A DNA stretch of 64,000 bases from a virus (taxonomy: Duplodnaviria; Caudoviricetes). A program made the translations under genes and the position numbers. Below, piece by piece: positions 18,395 to 27,083 of the stretch. The number at the start of each line of letters is the position of its first letter. Within the stretch, counting starts at the first letter, position 1. The stretch spans positions 12,315 through 76,314 of the IMG/VR virus record IMGVR_UViG_3300035208_005226; one strand, written 5' to 3'. The notes under the pieces were generated by a model, which searched no databases, was not told the origin of the DNA, and saw only the letters and a program-made list of their open reading frames with translations.

Positions 18395-18721
18395 TTAGTC
18401 ATCATAAATTTTATTTTCACAATTATAGCAGTGTAATACCAGTGTTATTGCGTCGTCCATTTCCGTATGTAGTTTACCACCACAGATGGGACAGATAATT
18501 TCGCCACACTCTAAACATCTACAACAGTCCATTGGATTCGGATCGTCAATTATTGCATTACAATTAAAACATTTTATAGTGTGACTTTCTGGAAGCCTCC
18601 TTTTTTCTATGTCATAATATTTTATTTTATCAAATTCATTCATTCCCGAATGATTTTCTCCATGATTCTTATGTGCTCTCATAATAATGCTACGTATCTT
18701 GTCTATTATAATTATTGTCAT
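18395..18721 (-). CDS. Multi-zinc-finger hypothetical protein
   Basis: CFNC, CLEC, CPIC, CYNC. Confidence 0.6.
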   Translation of the reverse strand: MTIIIIDKIRSIIMRAHKNHGENHSGMNEFDKIKYYDIEKRRLPESHTIKCFNCNAIIDDPNPMDCCRCLECGEIICPICGGKLHTEMDDAITLVLHCYNCENKIYDD

Positions 18722-18894
18722 GATTGTTTCAATCTTTGTTTCATTGGATGTTCCTCTGATACTTGACAGTAACCCACTTCATAATATTATTCCTCAATTT
18801 TACGAATGTATTTGTGCATGTCAATACTACACCTAAAATTTGGATAGTTGTCGGAATCATCGCAGTTTGATCCTTTTGCCGTGTCTACCATAGT

Positions 18895-19128
18895 CTATTC
18901 CACACCCTTCAATTTTCTTTGAACAACTCTATAAATACTACAAATTGACAAAACTAATTCATCTGGAATTACCAGGATGGGTTCTCCGCAAAATGATGGT
19001 TCCCATACAACAAGACCCATGTCTATTAATGCTAAAACTTTATCTTTATCTTCGGGATTGAACTCTTCAAGCAGTAGTCCTTTACCACTACGATTTTCAA
19101 TGTATATCTTTAACAATATCTCTATCAT
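18895..19128 (-). CDS. Hypothetical protein (possible winged helix), flanked by 15-bp direct repeats
   Basis: 77-aa ORF; catagtctattccac at 18889-18903 and 19126-19140. Confidence 0.55.
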   Translation of the reverse strand: MIEILLKIYIENRSGKGLLLEEFNPEDKDKVLALIDMGLVVWEPSFCGEPILVIPDELVLSICSIYRVVQRKLKGVE

Positions 19129-19925
19129 AGTCTATTCCACCAGTGTTTTTTCGTCACGTTTAACCATAGTGTTTTCTTTAGATTTTGTATGGTTTCGTCT
19201 TTGGCTGCTATAAATTCCGTTAATTGTTTGTTATGGATGGTAAGCGCTTCGATTTTCGTACTTTGATCTTCAGTTGTCCACTCTCTTCGGTCTTCTTTTT
19301 TGGCATAAACTGTCAACATTTGATTATAGGATTTTATCTCATCATCTAATTTGGTATTTAGTTCTTGTATGGTGTTATCGCGATCCGATAATATTTTCTT
19401 TAGTGCTTGTATGGTGTTATCCTTGGCTACCATCATTATGCTGTCTGCTGATGCAATGCTATGTATTTTGGAGTTTAGATGCTGTATGGTTGCATGTCGT
19501 GATTCTATGCAGGCATTGAGTTCATGTATTGCCCGACATGCTGAATACATGTGGCAGTCAGCATTACAATTGCTGTTGTAGTTGTTGTAGTTGTGGCATT
19601 CGGGAATTAGACTTCTTGCAGTTGTCGTGCTAGTGGATTTGGCTGCATGATATGCGTCTCTATATTTGTTGAGAGACTGGGTTAGTGATTTCACTTCGAT
19701 CTGTTGTATGTGAATCCTGGTGCACATGTTGTAGTGTTTGCATTTAACTTTGCAATTGCTGTTGTAGTTCTGATAAGTGTTGCATTTGGATGGCTTTGTA
19801 ATGGTGCCTGTTGTTGTTTTAGGATGTTCTATGGTAGTCCCGCATTGTTTGGCTGACTTTGTCGTGTGCTTTGATTCTTTGCATTTGTTGCATTTGGTTT
19901 TTGGTATGGTGCTCTTGTGTTGCAT
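19125..19925 (-). CDS. Cys-repeat plus coiled-coil protein ending KKHWWNRL
   Basis: Two copies of C..Y.NYNSNC...C..Y..C..I; coiled-coil KDNTIQ/RDNTIQ/KDETIQ repeats. Confidence 0.65.
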   Translation of the reverse strand: MQHKSTIPKTKCNKCKESKHTTKSAKQCGTTIEHPKTTTGTITKPSKCNTYQNYNSNCKVKCKHYNMCTRIHIQQIEVKSLTQSLNKYRDAYHAAKSTSTTTARSLIPECHNYNNYNSNCNADCHMYSACRAIHELNACIESRHATIQHLNSKIHSIASADSIMMVAKDNTIQALKKILSDRDNTIQELNTKLDDEIKSYNQMLTVYAKKEDRREWTTEDQSTKIEALTIHNKQLTEFIAAKDETIQNLKKTLWLNVTKKHWWNRL

Positions 19926-20099
19926 ATGATTACCTCAGGTCGTGGAATGGATTAAATCATCTATTTCTTTTTTCCTAGCAGCATATCTATCCATAGCCAC
20001 AGGACTCCCTGCACATATGAAATAGTGTATGCAGGATATGTTACGGCATTTTCCATCATGAATATATGATGAACATGGCTCATACATATGCTAATGATT

Positions 20100-21750
20100 G
20101 CGTTCTGTTGTATTTAATGCTGTGGTTTTCGGTAGGAGATGACGGATTTGGTGAATTGAATGGTGAATTATGAAATGCGGTGGGTGATAAGTTTTGGGGC
20201 AATTTTGAGGTTATTGTGAGATGAGTTGATGCGCTGTTTAAATATGGTTAGGGAATTGTGGCAAGTGGCTTGCCATTAGGTATTTAATTGTTTTGAATGG
20301 TGTTATATATGTATTAGGTTCAATCCTTACAACAACACTGATAAAATAGTAATAAGATTTGGTATAATTAATTCTCTTTTCAACTCAAAAATGATAATGT
20401 AATGATGTTCTGTATAATTTTTTATTTGGTTTTTACCTTATTGGGTTAATTGTCATGATAGATCATGTGGGATATGATTGGGGGATAGTTTGGGCTTTGT
20501 TTCCGGTTAATGTTTTTTGGTGGGATATACTGGGTTAATTTTTTGATTGCGGCTTAATTATGCCTGATGTATTATATGGTAACACTGCAATATAAGTAAA
20601 ATGAAGGAATCGAAAAAAGGGTTATTGGCAAAAGGAGAGCATACCTTTATCCGATTGCGCCTCATTACTGCCAGGGATTCAAAATCGTTAGCCAAAACGT
20701 TAATATCAGTTTCCTTCTATTCTATCCTGACCGATAGGTTTATGTTGTGGTAATTTTGTCCGGAAATGAGGGTTAAGTGGGCGGCGAAAACACAAATATA
20801 ACATGTAGTGGTACAAAAGTTGAGATTTAGTTTAAAAAATATGAAAAAAAGTTTAACACTAATTTTTTTTTAGTGTGATTTTGTTATACTTTTGAATCGG
20901 GGTTCAATTTGGCTTTAATATTAATACTTTTATTTAAATATGGTTTATTTAATGATTTATGGAGCGCACACGCATCGTGATGAAGCCGGATATCGATTTA
21001 TCTACGTTGGTTTTGTAATATAGTTTGTGATGGATAAAATAGGCGCGAGTCTGGCGTGGTGTTGCGCGTGTGGAAAATGGTTGGATAGATGCTAACTCAA
21101 TGTTTTTTGAGTTAAGTTAAGTTTTGTTTTCGCTTATTTGATACCGCACTTTTTTGAGAAAATTTCAATTTTTGTAGTATTTATATGTTTGGGATGATTT
21201 CGGAAAATGTAGAATCGTGATAGATTTGTGCTACTAATTCAATTTTATATTCTACTGATGATTTAAATCTGGATTGGTGAAATAAGTGAGATACGGATGC
21301 AACTAGTTGCAACTGGCAGAATGGGCTTGGATTGAAATAAGGACAGAATGGGCGTATTTTCCAGTGGAAATAGTGGGAGTGTGACGTTAATTATAGGTCG
21401 GAATGATGAATAAGCAGTGTATATGCCGTTTCTTGACTTGTCCGGACTGGTTGACAACTATTTTGGGGCTGATTTGGGCTTGGTTTTTATTTTTGATTTA
21501 AAGCCGCGCTAATGTAAAACATGGCTGGATTGGTTTAACTTATAAAGCATGGCTATTGCTGGGGTAGATTGAAGAATGCGGCTTTAGCGCGTTAGCTATC
21601 GCTATAATAATTGCGCAAACTGGTTTTTGATGAATCAGGTGGTGTTAAGTATATATACTTAACAAAATTGCAGTAACACTTATACCAATTGGTATTAGTG
21701 TAGTGTGTTAATAATTTGTGTATTTTTTTTACTGTCGTATTATTTGATTA
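20100..21750. other. ~1.6 kb AT-rich non-coding gap with palindromes (candidate origin/control region)
   Basis: No convincing ORF. Perfect 20-bp palindrome gttaagtatatatacttaac at 21644-21663, near-perfect 26-bp palindrome at 21676-21701, acactaa-T7-ttagtgt hairpin near 20855-20876. Confidence 0.5.
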
Positions 21751-21758
21751 AAAAATTG

Positions 21759-21965
21759 TTATCTGAAGGATCTTGTCCACTGGTATAACCTAGTGAGTGA
21801 TGTGTTTACCTCCACAATCTTTTTATGTATTGAAATTAGGCTGTCAATACGACTCCTATTCATTTTTCCGTCACAATTACACTTTATTTGTGATATAATT
21901 GTGCTCGACTTCTCAAACTCCTGTTCGATCTCCTCAAACAGGTAGTCCTCTATGATTGTCCTCAT
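21759..21965 (-). CDS. Hypothetical protein
   Basis: 68-aa ORF, ATGA overlap. Confidence 0.55.
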   Translation of the reverse strand: MRTIIEDYLFEEIEQEFEKSSTIISQIKCNCDGKMNRSRIDSLISIHKKIVEVNTSLTRLYQWTRSFR

Positions 21966-22690
21966 TGTATAATTCCAATAAGTTTTAAATACTTGGCCTC
22001 ATCGCTTTTCAGCAACTCATTGACCACTTTTGGCTTATGTTTTTGTTCTCCATAACAACGCTTACATAGCCTGCATGCACCAATACAATTGATATTTATG
22101 TCATTTTCAATTGCAAAGTCTGCTGTGAATATGTTGAATGATGCCCGCGACAGTGGATGCCTGTCGAAGTCCACATCGTTTATCATCGGGTTAGAATGAA
22201 CAAACGTGTAGTTTGAGGGCATTTTGCTTTCAACTCTCTCAATTATGTCTGGATTTTTAGTCCACGATGTACATGTTGCATAGTTTACAACAGAACATAT
22301 GGCAAAATCCACAAGAACATCTCGTTCGTCCTGATAATCTCCATTCCAATTAGATCTCCAAGTAAGATCATTATTTAAATGAAAGACAGGAGGATGATCA
22401 TATACATCTTCCGGGGACAGATCTCGGTTGCGTTGTAGTGCCTGTCCAACAGCAGGATATATTTGATTTATCCGTGTTGCATAGCACTTTTGGCAAATAC
22501 ATCCTGGTATTTCGTGTCTGGGTTGACATCTGTCGGTCATCGGCCGACCAATTGCACGCTTTCCAAACATCTTCCCGGTCATCGTGCTCCAATGAACGCA
22601 CCCAAGGTCATCAAAAAGTTTCTCCTTTGGGAGGATGTTATAGATGTTCTTCTTGAGAGCAACCTCTCTACTAATTATGGTTGTTTTCAT
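21962..22690 (-). CDS. Gene-product-88-like Cys-rich (putative Fe-S) protein
   Basis: GKM, C..C..KCYA...Y...LQRN, RSNWNGD, WTKN, PSN..F..S, C.GAC..C..CY. Start MKTTII at 22690 behind GGAGAAG. Confidence 0.6.
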   Translation of the reverse strand: MKTTIISREVALKKNIYNILPKEKLFDDLGCVHWSTMTGKMFGKRAIGRPMTDRCQPRHEIPGCICQKCYATRINQIYPAVGQALQRNRDLSPEDVYDHPPVFHLNNDLTWRSNWNGDYQDERDVLVDFAICSVVNYATCTSWTKNPDIIERVESKMPSNYTFVHSNPMINDVDFDRHPLSRASFNIFTADFAIENDININCIGACRLCKRCYGEQKHKPKVVNELLKSDEAKYLKLIGIIQ

Positions 22691-22770
22691 TTCTTCTCCT
22701 GGGATCAGAATTAACCTCATTTCCCAAGAGAGTCCTATTTTTGGAGCAATGAACCAAAAAATAAGAGAAT

Positions 22771-23019
22771 TTATCGATCTACTACAACTAAAGGTGCTGC
22801 CATACACGCAGCATCTTCAAATCTGTAGTGAACGACATCAGAACCAGATGTTATAAGAACAGTTTCTCCACAGTATGGACATATACTGTGAGCATTGCAG
22901 TCTGTAGTGCCATGTGCATATACCCAAAATGTTATATTATAGGCTTTTGTTATCAATCCATACTGGCAGCTTGGGCATAAAACTGCCCCGGCACCATATA
23001 TTTCTATTTCTTCTTTCAT
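22771..23019 (-). CDS. Zinc-ribbon protein
   Basis: CPSC ... CPYCG; GGAG leader. Confidence 0.6.
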   Translation of the reverse strand: MKEEIEIYGAGAVLCPSCQYGLITKAYNITFWVYAHGTTDCNAHSICPYCGETVLITSGSDVVHYRFEDAACMAAPLVVVDR

Positions 23020-23410
23020 GTTTTCTTCTCCAGTAGGCTCAGAATTAACCTCATTGCCAAAAGTTATTCAACAACTATACAATAGGATACAAATTGATAG
23101 TATCCATGGGATTAGAACCAAAATGGTTGTGGTGTGGTTTTTCATATAATTTGATCGTTATCCCTTAACCTTACTTGACAAGCCATAAGGTATTTCATGA
23201 TCTGTTCCGATGTATCGATGTTCAATGCTTCTTCTGGCGAATTGGCCTCAACATCGGCGTAACTGTGGTAATAGATTCTAAATCTCATTTAATCAACGCT
23301 CCAGTCAAATTCATTGTCGCAGTTGTGACAGATGAAGTGGATGTAACCAGATCCACAGCTGGTGTCTTCTAGGTTCTCATCTTCTCCGCAATAAGGACAT
23401 GTTAATCTAA

Positions 23411-23851
23411 TCATATGCATCCTAGTCTTCTTAACGATGCTATCCCTGCCTTTGCCACTATTATGTGGTCTAGCAGTTCTATTCCAATAATCTTACCAGC
23501 ATTGACAATCTGCTTGGTAACTTCTATGTCTGCACTGCTTGGTGTGAGACAGTTGCTTGGGTGATTATGCACAATAATTATGCTGTGTGCATTATCCATT
23601 ATTGCTTCCCGGAATACCTCACGTGGGTGGACCAATGAATGATTCATCAATCCTTTGGTAATGATTCTGCACCTGATAACCTTTGAATCAGCACCAAGAG
23701 TCAGTACCAAGACGTGCTCCTGTTTTTGTCCAGATATCCTGGATACCTGCTTATATGCCAGGATATCTTCAGGAGATACAATAGTTCTCCTGCTGTCTGC
23801 CGTGTATTCTGACCTTACGGCTTCATACACAGCCTTACAGATGTTTTCCAT
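23411..23851 (-). CDS. radC: RadC-like JAB/MPN domain protein
   Basis: QEH, HPREVFREAI, VHNHPS...PSSADI, ELLDHIIV: complete JAB motif. Confidence 0.93.
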   Translation of the reverse strand: MENICKAVYEAVRSEYTADSRRTIVSPEDILAYKQVSRISGQKQEHVLVLTLGADSKVIRCRIITKGLMNHSLVHPREVFREAIMDNAHSIIIVHNHPSNCLTPSSADIEVTKQIVNAGKIIGIELLDHIIVAKAGIASLRRLGCI

Positions 23852-23860
23852 TTCTTTTCT

Positions 23861-23898
23861 TCTCCAGTGGATAGGATTGATTACCTATCCAGATCCGG
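23861..23898 (-). promoter_or_regulatory. Leader hairpin element (BHB-like) upstream of radC-like gene
   Basis: CCGG-ATC-TGGATAGG-loop-CCTATCCA-CTGG-AGA, then A-rich spacer and ATG. Confidence 0.6.
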
Positions 23899-23915
23899 GA
23901 AAAATAGAAGGAGGA

Positions 23916-24272
23916 TTATAGAGATTTAGCCCACTTCAGCAATGCAGTATAGTTATTGCCATATCTATGATCTATATTATCAGACAGACCGTATGAATCG
24001 CAGACTTCAAGTAATAATAGTTGATCCTTCATCACTTCTTTAATTGGCTCTCCACACGTCTTTGATGCATTAGACACACCTGTATACGATAAAGATGACA
24101 AATCTATGTTTCTTACTATAACTAAGTATTTGCCGTTTGATATGTTATCACAGCAATCTTGCATATTACAAAATTCAATGATCGTGTAACATGAACATCC
24201 ATCGTATCTATACCATTTTCCGCCATAGTCCTTCCAGTTCACGTCTCCTGTTAGAAACTTGAATTTTTCCAT
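23916..24272 (-). CDS. Hypothetical protein
   Basis: 118 aa; GGAGAAAAGAAATG leader. Confidence 0.7.
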   Translation of the reverse strand: MEKFKFLTGDVNWKDYGGKWYRYDGCSCYTIIEFCNMQDCCDNISNGKYLVIVRNIDLSSLSYTGVSNASKTCGEPIKEVMKDQLLLLEVCDSYGLSDNIDHRYGNNYTALLKWAKSL

Positions 24273-24353
24273 TTCTTTTCTCCATACCCTAGATGCTTAC
24301 TCTAGGGATGGAATCCTCTATCCGGATTGAACCGACTTCTAAAAAGTAGAGGG

Positions 24354-24530
24354 TTATTCTCTCATCAGATATCGATTCATTTCAGTGTCTTCAGTTCCAT
24401 CATCATACTGGACCATTGCCCAGTAATGCTCCCAATCCTTGCCATATCTAGATCTTATAACTTTACCATGAAGACCGCATTTAGGAGAGAGTGTGTATTG
24501 GTTTACAACTCTCGTTCCAATCTTAATCAT
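24354..24530 (-). CDS. 58-aa SH3-like micro-protein
   Basis: Hand translation MIKIGTRVV...GLHGKVI...WAMVQYDDGTED... Confidence 0.6.
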   Translation of the reverse strand: MIKIGTRVVNQYTLSPKCGLHGKVIRSRYGKDWEHYWAMVQYDDGTEDTEMNRYLMRE

Positions 24531-24966
24531 CTGCTTTTACCATCCTTGGCTTTCTTGATGCCGCCGGACTATGCTTCTGCTCAATCTTGATTATCATAAT
24601 CAAGAATTCTAATGATGCAAAGACGGTCACCGGCGGGACCACATACATACACATGGTAAGTGGATTCTGGGTATACCAGACACTTGCCACATTGAATGCA
24701 GTCGATGCTGCTGTAGTTGCTACCACAATAGCCCACGGGAATATGGTATTCTCCTTGAGCATACTGAACCTGATAACAGTGAGGCAACCAATCACCATGA
24801 ACAAGTCAAGACATAGAGGCCACAGATAGGATAGATATGATAATCCGTGTTCTAGCCCCATTATTACCAGGCTGCTGTAAGACAGGGTGAATGCAGCAAT
24901 ACACACTGCAATCAGTCCTACAGTGACTACATCAGCAATTCTCTTGCTGGATTTCGTTAGTTTCAT
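24523..24966 (-). CDS. DUF2637-like multi-pass membrane protein
   Basis: AAFTLSYSSL...G...LWPLCLD pattern, four hydrophobic segments. Confidence 0.65.
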   Translation of the reverse strand: MKLTKSSKRIADVVTVGLIAVCIAAFTLSYSSLVIMGLEHGLSYLSYLWPLCLDLFMVIGCLTVIRFSMLKENTIFPWAIVVATTAASTAFNVASVWYTQNPLTMCMYVVPPVTVFASLEFLIMIIKIEQKHSPAASRKPRMVKADD

Positions 24967-24973
24967 TTCTTTT

Positions 24974-25011
24974 CCTCTAGGGATAACAGAATGTTCTGTT
25001 ACCCAATCTAG
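24974..25011 (-). promoter_or_regulatory. Leader hairpin element (BHB-like)
   Basis: CTAG-ATT-GGGTAACAGA-loop-TCTGTTATCC-CTAG-AGG; compensatory T-A pair in the 4-bp helix. Confidence 0.6.
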
Positions 25012-25032
25012 GGAATTAATGTCTTAAAAAAG

Positions 25033-25458
25033 TTAGATTTCATTCCTAGCACTTTGGATCAATGCTTCTACATTGATCGATAATGCTATGGTCTTAATTT
25101 TCTCACAATCTTTTCGGATTGTTTTCATAGTCTTGACAGACAGTCTTGTGTTACCGAACGCTTCAGTCTTTGTGAGTAGATTCTCACAATATCTGATGTC
25201 ATTGACTAGACTGTCTATTGTAATAACTCCAAGGAGATCACCACTGTTTTTCCTAGTTGTTCTCTGTCTAGATACAACTGATAATACGTGATTCTCCAGG
25301 GTATCACACAGTGCAATAGTTGTTTCTGCCAGATCTAATCCAACATTGATCTGATTTTCTAGATCGATGTGGTATTCAGTCAGAAATTCTACTGCCTTTG
25401 CAAGGTCGTCCTTTGAGACCTTAACTGAATTGAGTTCTGCTGCCATTTCTTTCTCCAT
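25033..25458 (-). CDS. Hypothetical alpha-helical protein
   Basis: 141 aa; GGAGAAAGAAATG leader. Confidence 0.7.
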   Translation of the reverse strand: MEKEMAAELNSVKVSKDDLAKAVEFLTEYHIDLENQINVGLDLAETTIALCDTLENHVLSVVSRQRTTRKNSGDLLGVITIDSLVNDIRYCENLLTKTEAFGNTRLSVKTMKTIRKDCEKIKTIALSINVEALIQSARNEI

Positions 25459-25472
25459 CCAAGTTACTGCCT

Positions 25473-25517
25473 GGTGCAGGCATATCAGTCATACATGGGC
25501 TGACATGCTATCTGCCC
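25473..25517 (-). promoter_or_regulatory. Leader hairpin element (variant)
   Basis: GCAG-ATA-GCATGTCAG-loop-CTGATATGC-C-CTGC. Confidence 0.5.
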
Positions 25518-25738
25518 GTTAAAAAATTAGAGTGATAAGGTCTACATTGTATAAAACTTATCAATTACTTTCCATGCTTTCCTTCTATTGCCGTGTTTTG
25601 TATAGAATTCTACCAAGTCGATTGAATGACCGATAAATTCTTTAAACCTATCATTTTCTGGTAGCAAAGCGTACATATTCCGTAGATATGCAACCTCTGT
25701 TTCTAGTTTTCTTCTCATTACTTCTCCAAAAATAAGGG

Positions 25739-25924
25739 TTAGTAATCGTCTTCTTCACAAAGACGACGATCTCTTTCTACTTCATAGCAATGGTCCTCAT
25801 AACCGGACCAAAAGATGTCTAATATCTCTCCATCAGACATCCTTTCGTATTCTTCTCGCTTTTCGTCGGTATCTGCATTATCTGCAAGATACTCTCGATA
25901 CTCGTCTACATTGCAGTTAATCGT
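25739..25924 (-). CDS. 61-aa highly acidic protein with ACG start
   Basis: GAGGTGA SD, then TAA-ACG-ATT-AAC-TGC...; INCNVDEYREYLADNADTDEKREEYE...EEDDY*. Confidence 0.5.
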   Translation of the reverse strand, partial: TINCNVDEYREYLADNADTDEKREEYERMSDGEILDIFWSGYEDHCYEVERDRRLCEEDDY

Positions 25925-26125
25925 TTACTTCACCTCAAGCTGTTGTCTTGCATACTCAAGTGCAATCTTTGCGTTGTCAATCTTACTCTTGAAGTCAGCA
26001 ATATCACTGATATCACCGTGTATGTCCATACTTCCCCCTTTACCAGGAGTGCCAATCCTAAGCACATCCTGTTGCTTGACAAGTGTGGATTGTGATCCAT
26101 GCACCTGTATTTCTCGGTCTTCCAT
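25925..26125 (-). CDS. Hypothetical protein
   Basis: MEDREIQVHG..., start behind GGAGAAGAAA. Confidence 0.65.
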   Translation of the reverse strand: MEDREIQVHGSQSTLVKQQDVLRIGTPGKGGSMDIHGDISDIADFKSKIDNAKIALEYARQQLEVK

Positions 26126-26130
26126 TTTCT

Positions 26131-26171
26131 TCTCCAGGGACATCAGTCTAGCATGCTGATGTCCTATCTGT
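26131..26171 (-). promoter_or_regulatory. Leader hairpin element (BHB-like)
   Basis: ACAG-ATA-GGACATCAG-loop-CTGATGTCC-CTGG-AGA. Confidence 0.6.
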
Positions 26172-26172
26172 G

Positions 26173-26460
26173 TTAAAAATGGGTTGATTTAACCCATTTG
26201 CCTTCTATTACAAAGTCTAATGAGTGCTGTTCTACTATCTTCTCTATAGTAAGATGGATGCCATTGTATGACACCACATCTGCAAGCTTAAGCCTTCTTG
26301 AGGCTTCCTTGATTGTTACAGGCTTAACAAGCACTATATCGTTGAGCTTCTTTGAAATGCTGTATTCTACATACTGTTGCTTCACAGCAAGTTTGCTATG
26401 AAACTTGACTGCTGCTTTCTTTGAGGATACAATCATATACCCCTTCAAGTTTCCATTCAT
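26173..26460 (-). CDS. Hypothetical basic protein
   Basis: 95 aa; GGAG leader. Confidence 0.65.
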   Translation of the reverse strand: MNGNLKGYMIVSSKKAAVKFHSKLAVKQQYVEYSISKKLNDIVLVKPVTIKEASRRLKLADVVSYNGIHLTIEKIVEQHSLDFVIEGKWVKSTHF

Positions 26461-26470
26461 TTCTTTCTTT

Positions 26471-26510
26471 TCTCCAGGGATAGCAGGTTGTCATCTGCTA
26501 CCCTATCTGG
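26471..26510 (-). promoter_or_regulatory. Leader hairpin element (BHB-like)
   Basis: CCAG-ATA-GGGTAGCAG-loop-CTGCTATCC-CTGG-AGA. Confidence 0.65.
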
Positions 26511-26521
26511 GTTAAAAAGGA

Positions 26522-26743
26522 TTAGATGTTAGGCACAAAGTGCCTTCCATCTATGCTGCACCCTAATGGGTGTGTGCATGTCATTAGACCCGCCGCACAG
26601 CAACCAGTGCTTTTGCCGCAGTGATACCCACACGATCTTGTGTCGTACGCCGGCCCATGCCAGTAACACATAAAACATGGGTTCGTAAATTTATCACCGC
26701 ATGGTGCTACATACACCATGTCGAACTTCTTTTCTGTTTTCAT
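26522..26743 (-). CDS. Cys-rich micro-protein
   Basis: 73 aa, about ten Cys; GGAG leader. Confidence 0.6.
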   Translation of the reverse strand: MKTEKKFDMVYVAPCGDKFTNPCFMCYWHGPAYDTRSCGYHCGKSTGCCAAGLMTCTHPLGCSIDGRHFVPNI

Positions 26744-26750
26744 TTATTTT

Positions 26751-26789
26751 TCTCCAGGCATGACAGATTGATTCTGCCATGCTATCTGG
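26751..26789 (-). promoter_or_regulatory. Leader hairpin element (BHB-like)
   Basis: CCAG-ATA-GCATGGCAGA-loop-TCTGTCATGC-CTGG-AGA. Confidence 0.65.
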
Positions 26790-26978
26790 GAAACGATGAG
26801 AGTTAGGTGTGTACTAACTCCCTGACTATTTTACCCACAGTGCGATACTGTAGGTAAACGTCTAGCCAGGTGTTACCCTGACAGTATTCTACCTTCTTGC
26901 CACCGTTAAACATCTCTATGGTTACTCTCCACACAGAGGTGCTACATGATGCTAAGTAAGCATCTAAAACCAACTGCT

Positions 26979-27083
26979 TCATTTAATCAGCCCAATACAT
27001 CCCACCCATAATGCTATGTTCATCAATACCATGTTGAGTGCAAATAACCACTCAATCTTAAGATTGTATTCTCGTCTTGTCAT
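26979..27083 (-). CDS. 34-aa single-TM micro-protein
   Basis: MTRREYNLKIEWLFALNMVLMNIALWVGCIGLIK; leader CCAG-loop-CTGG-AGA. Confidence 0.5.
   Translation of the reverse strand: MTRREYNLKIEWLFALNMVLMNIALWVGCIGLIK

Noticed and set aside
21263-21457. 64-aa ORF in the non-coding gap
   Set aside because: No RBS or motif; composition looks like a chance frame
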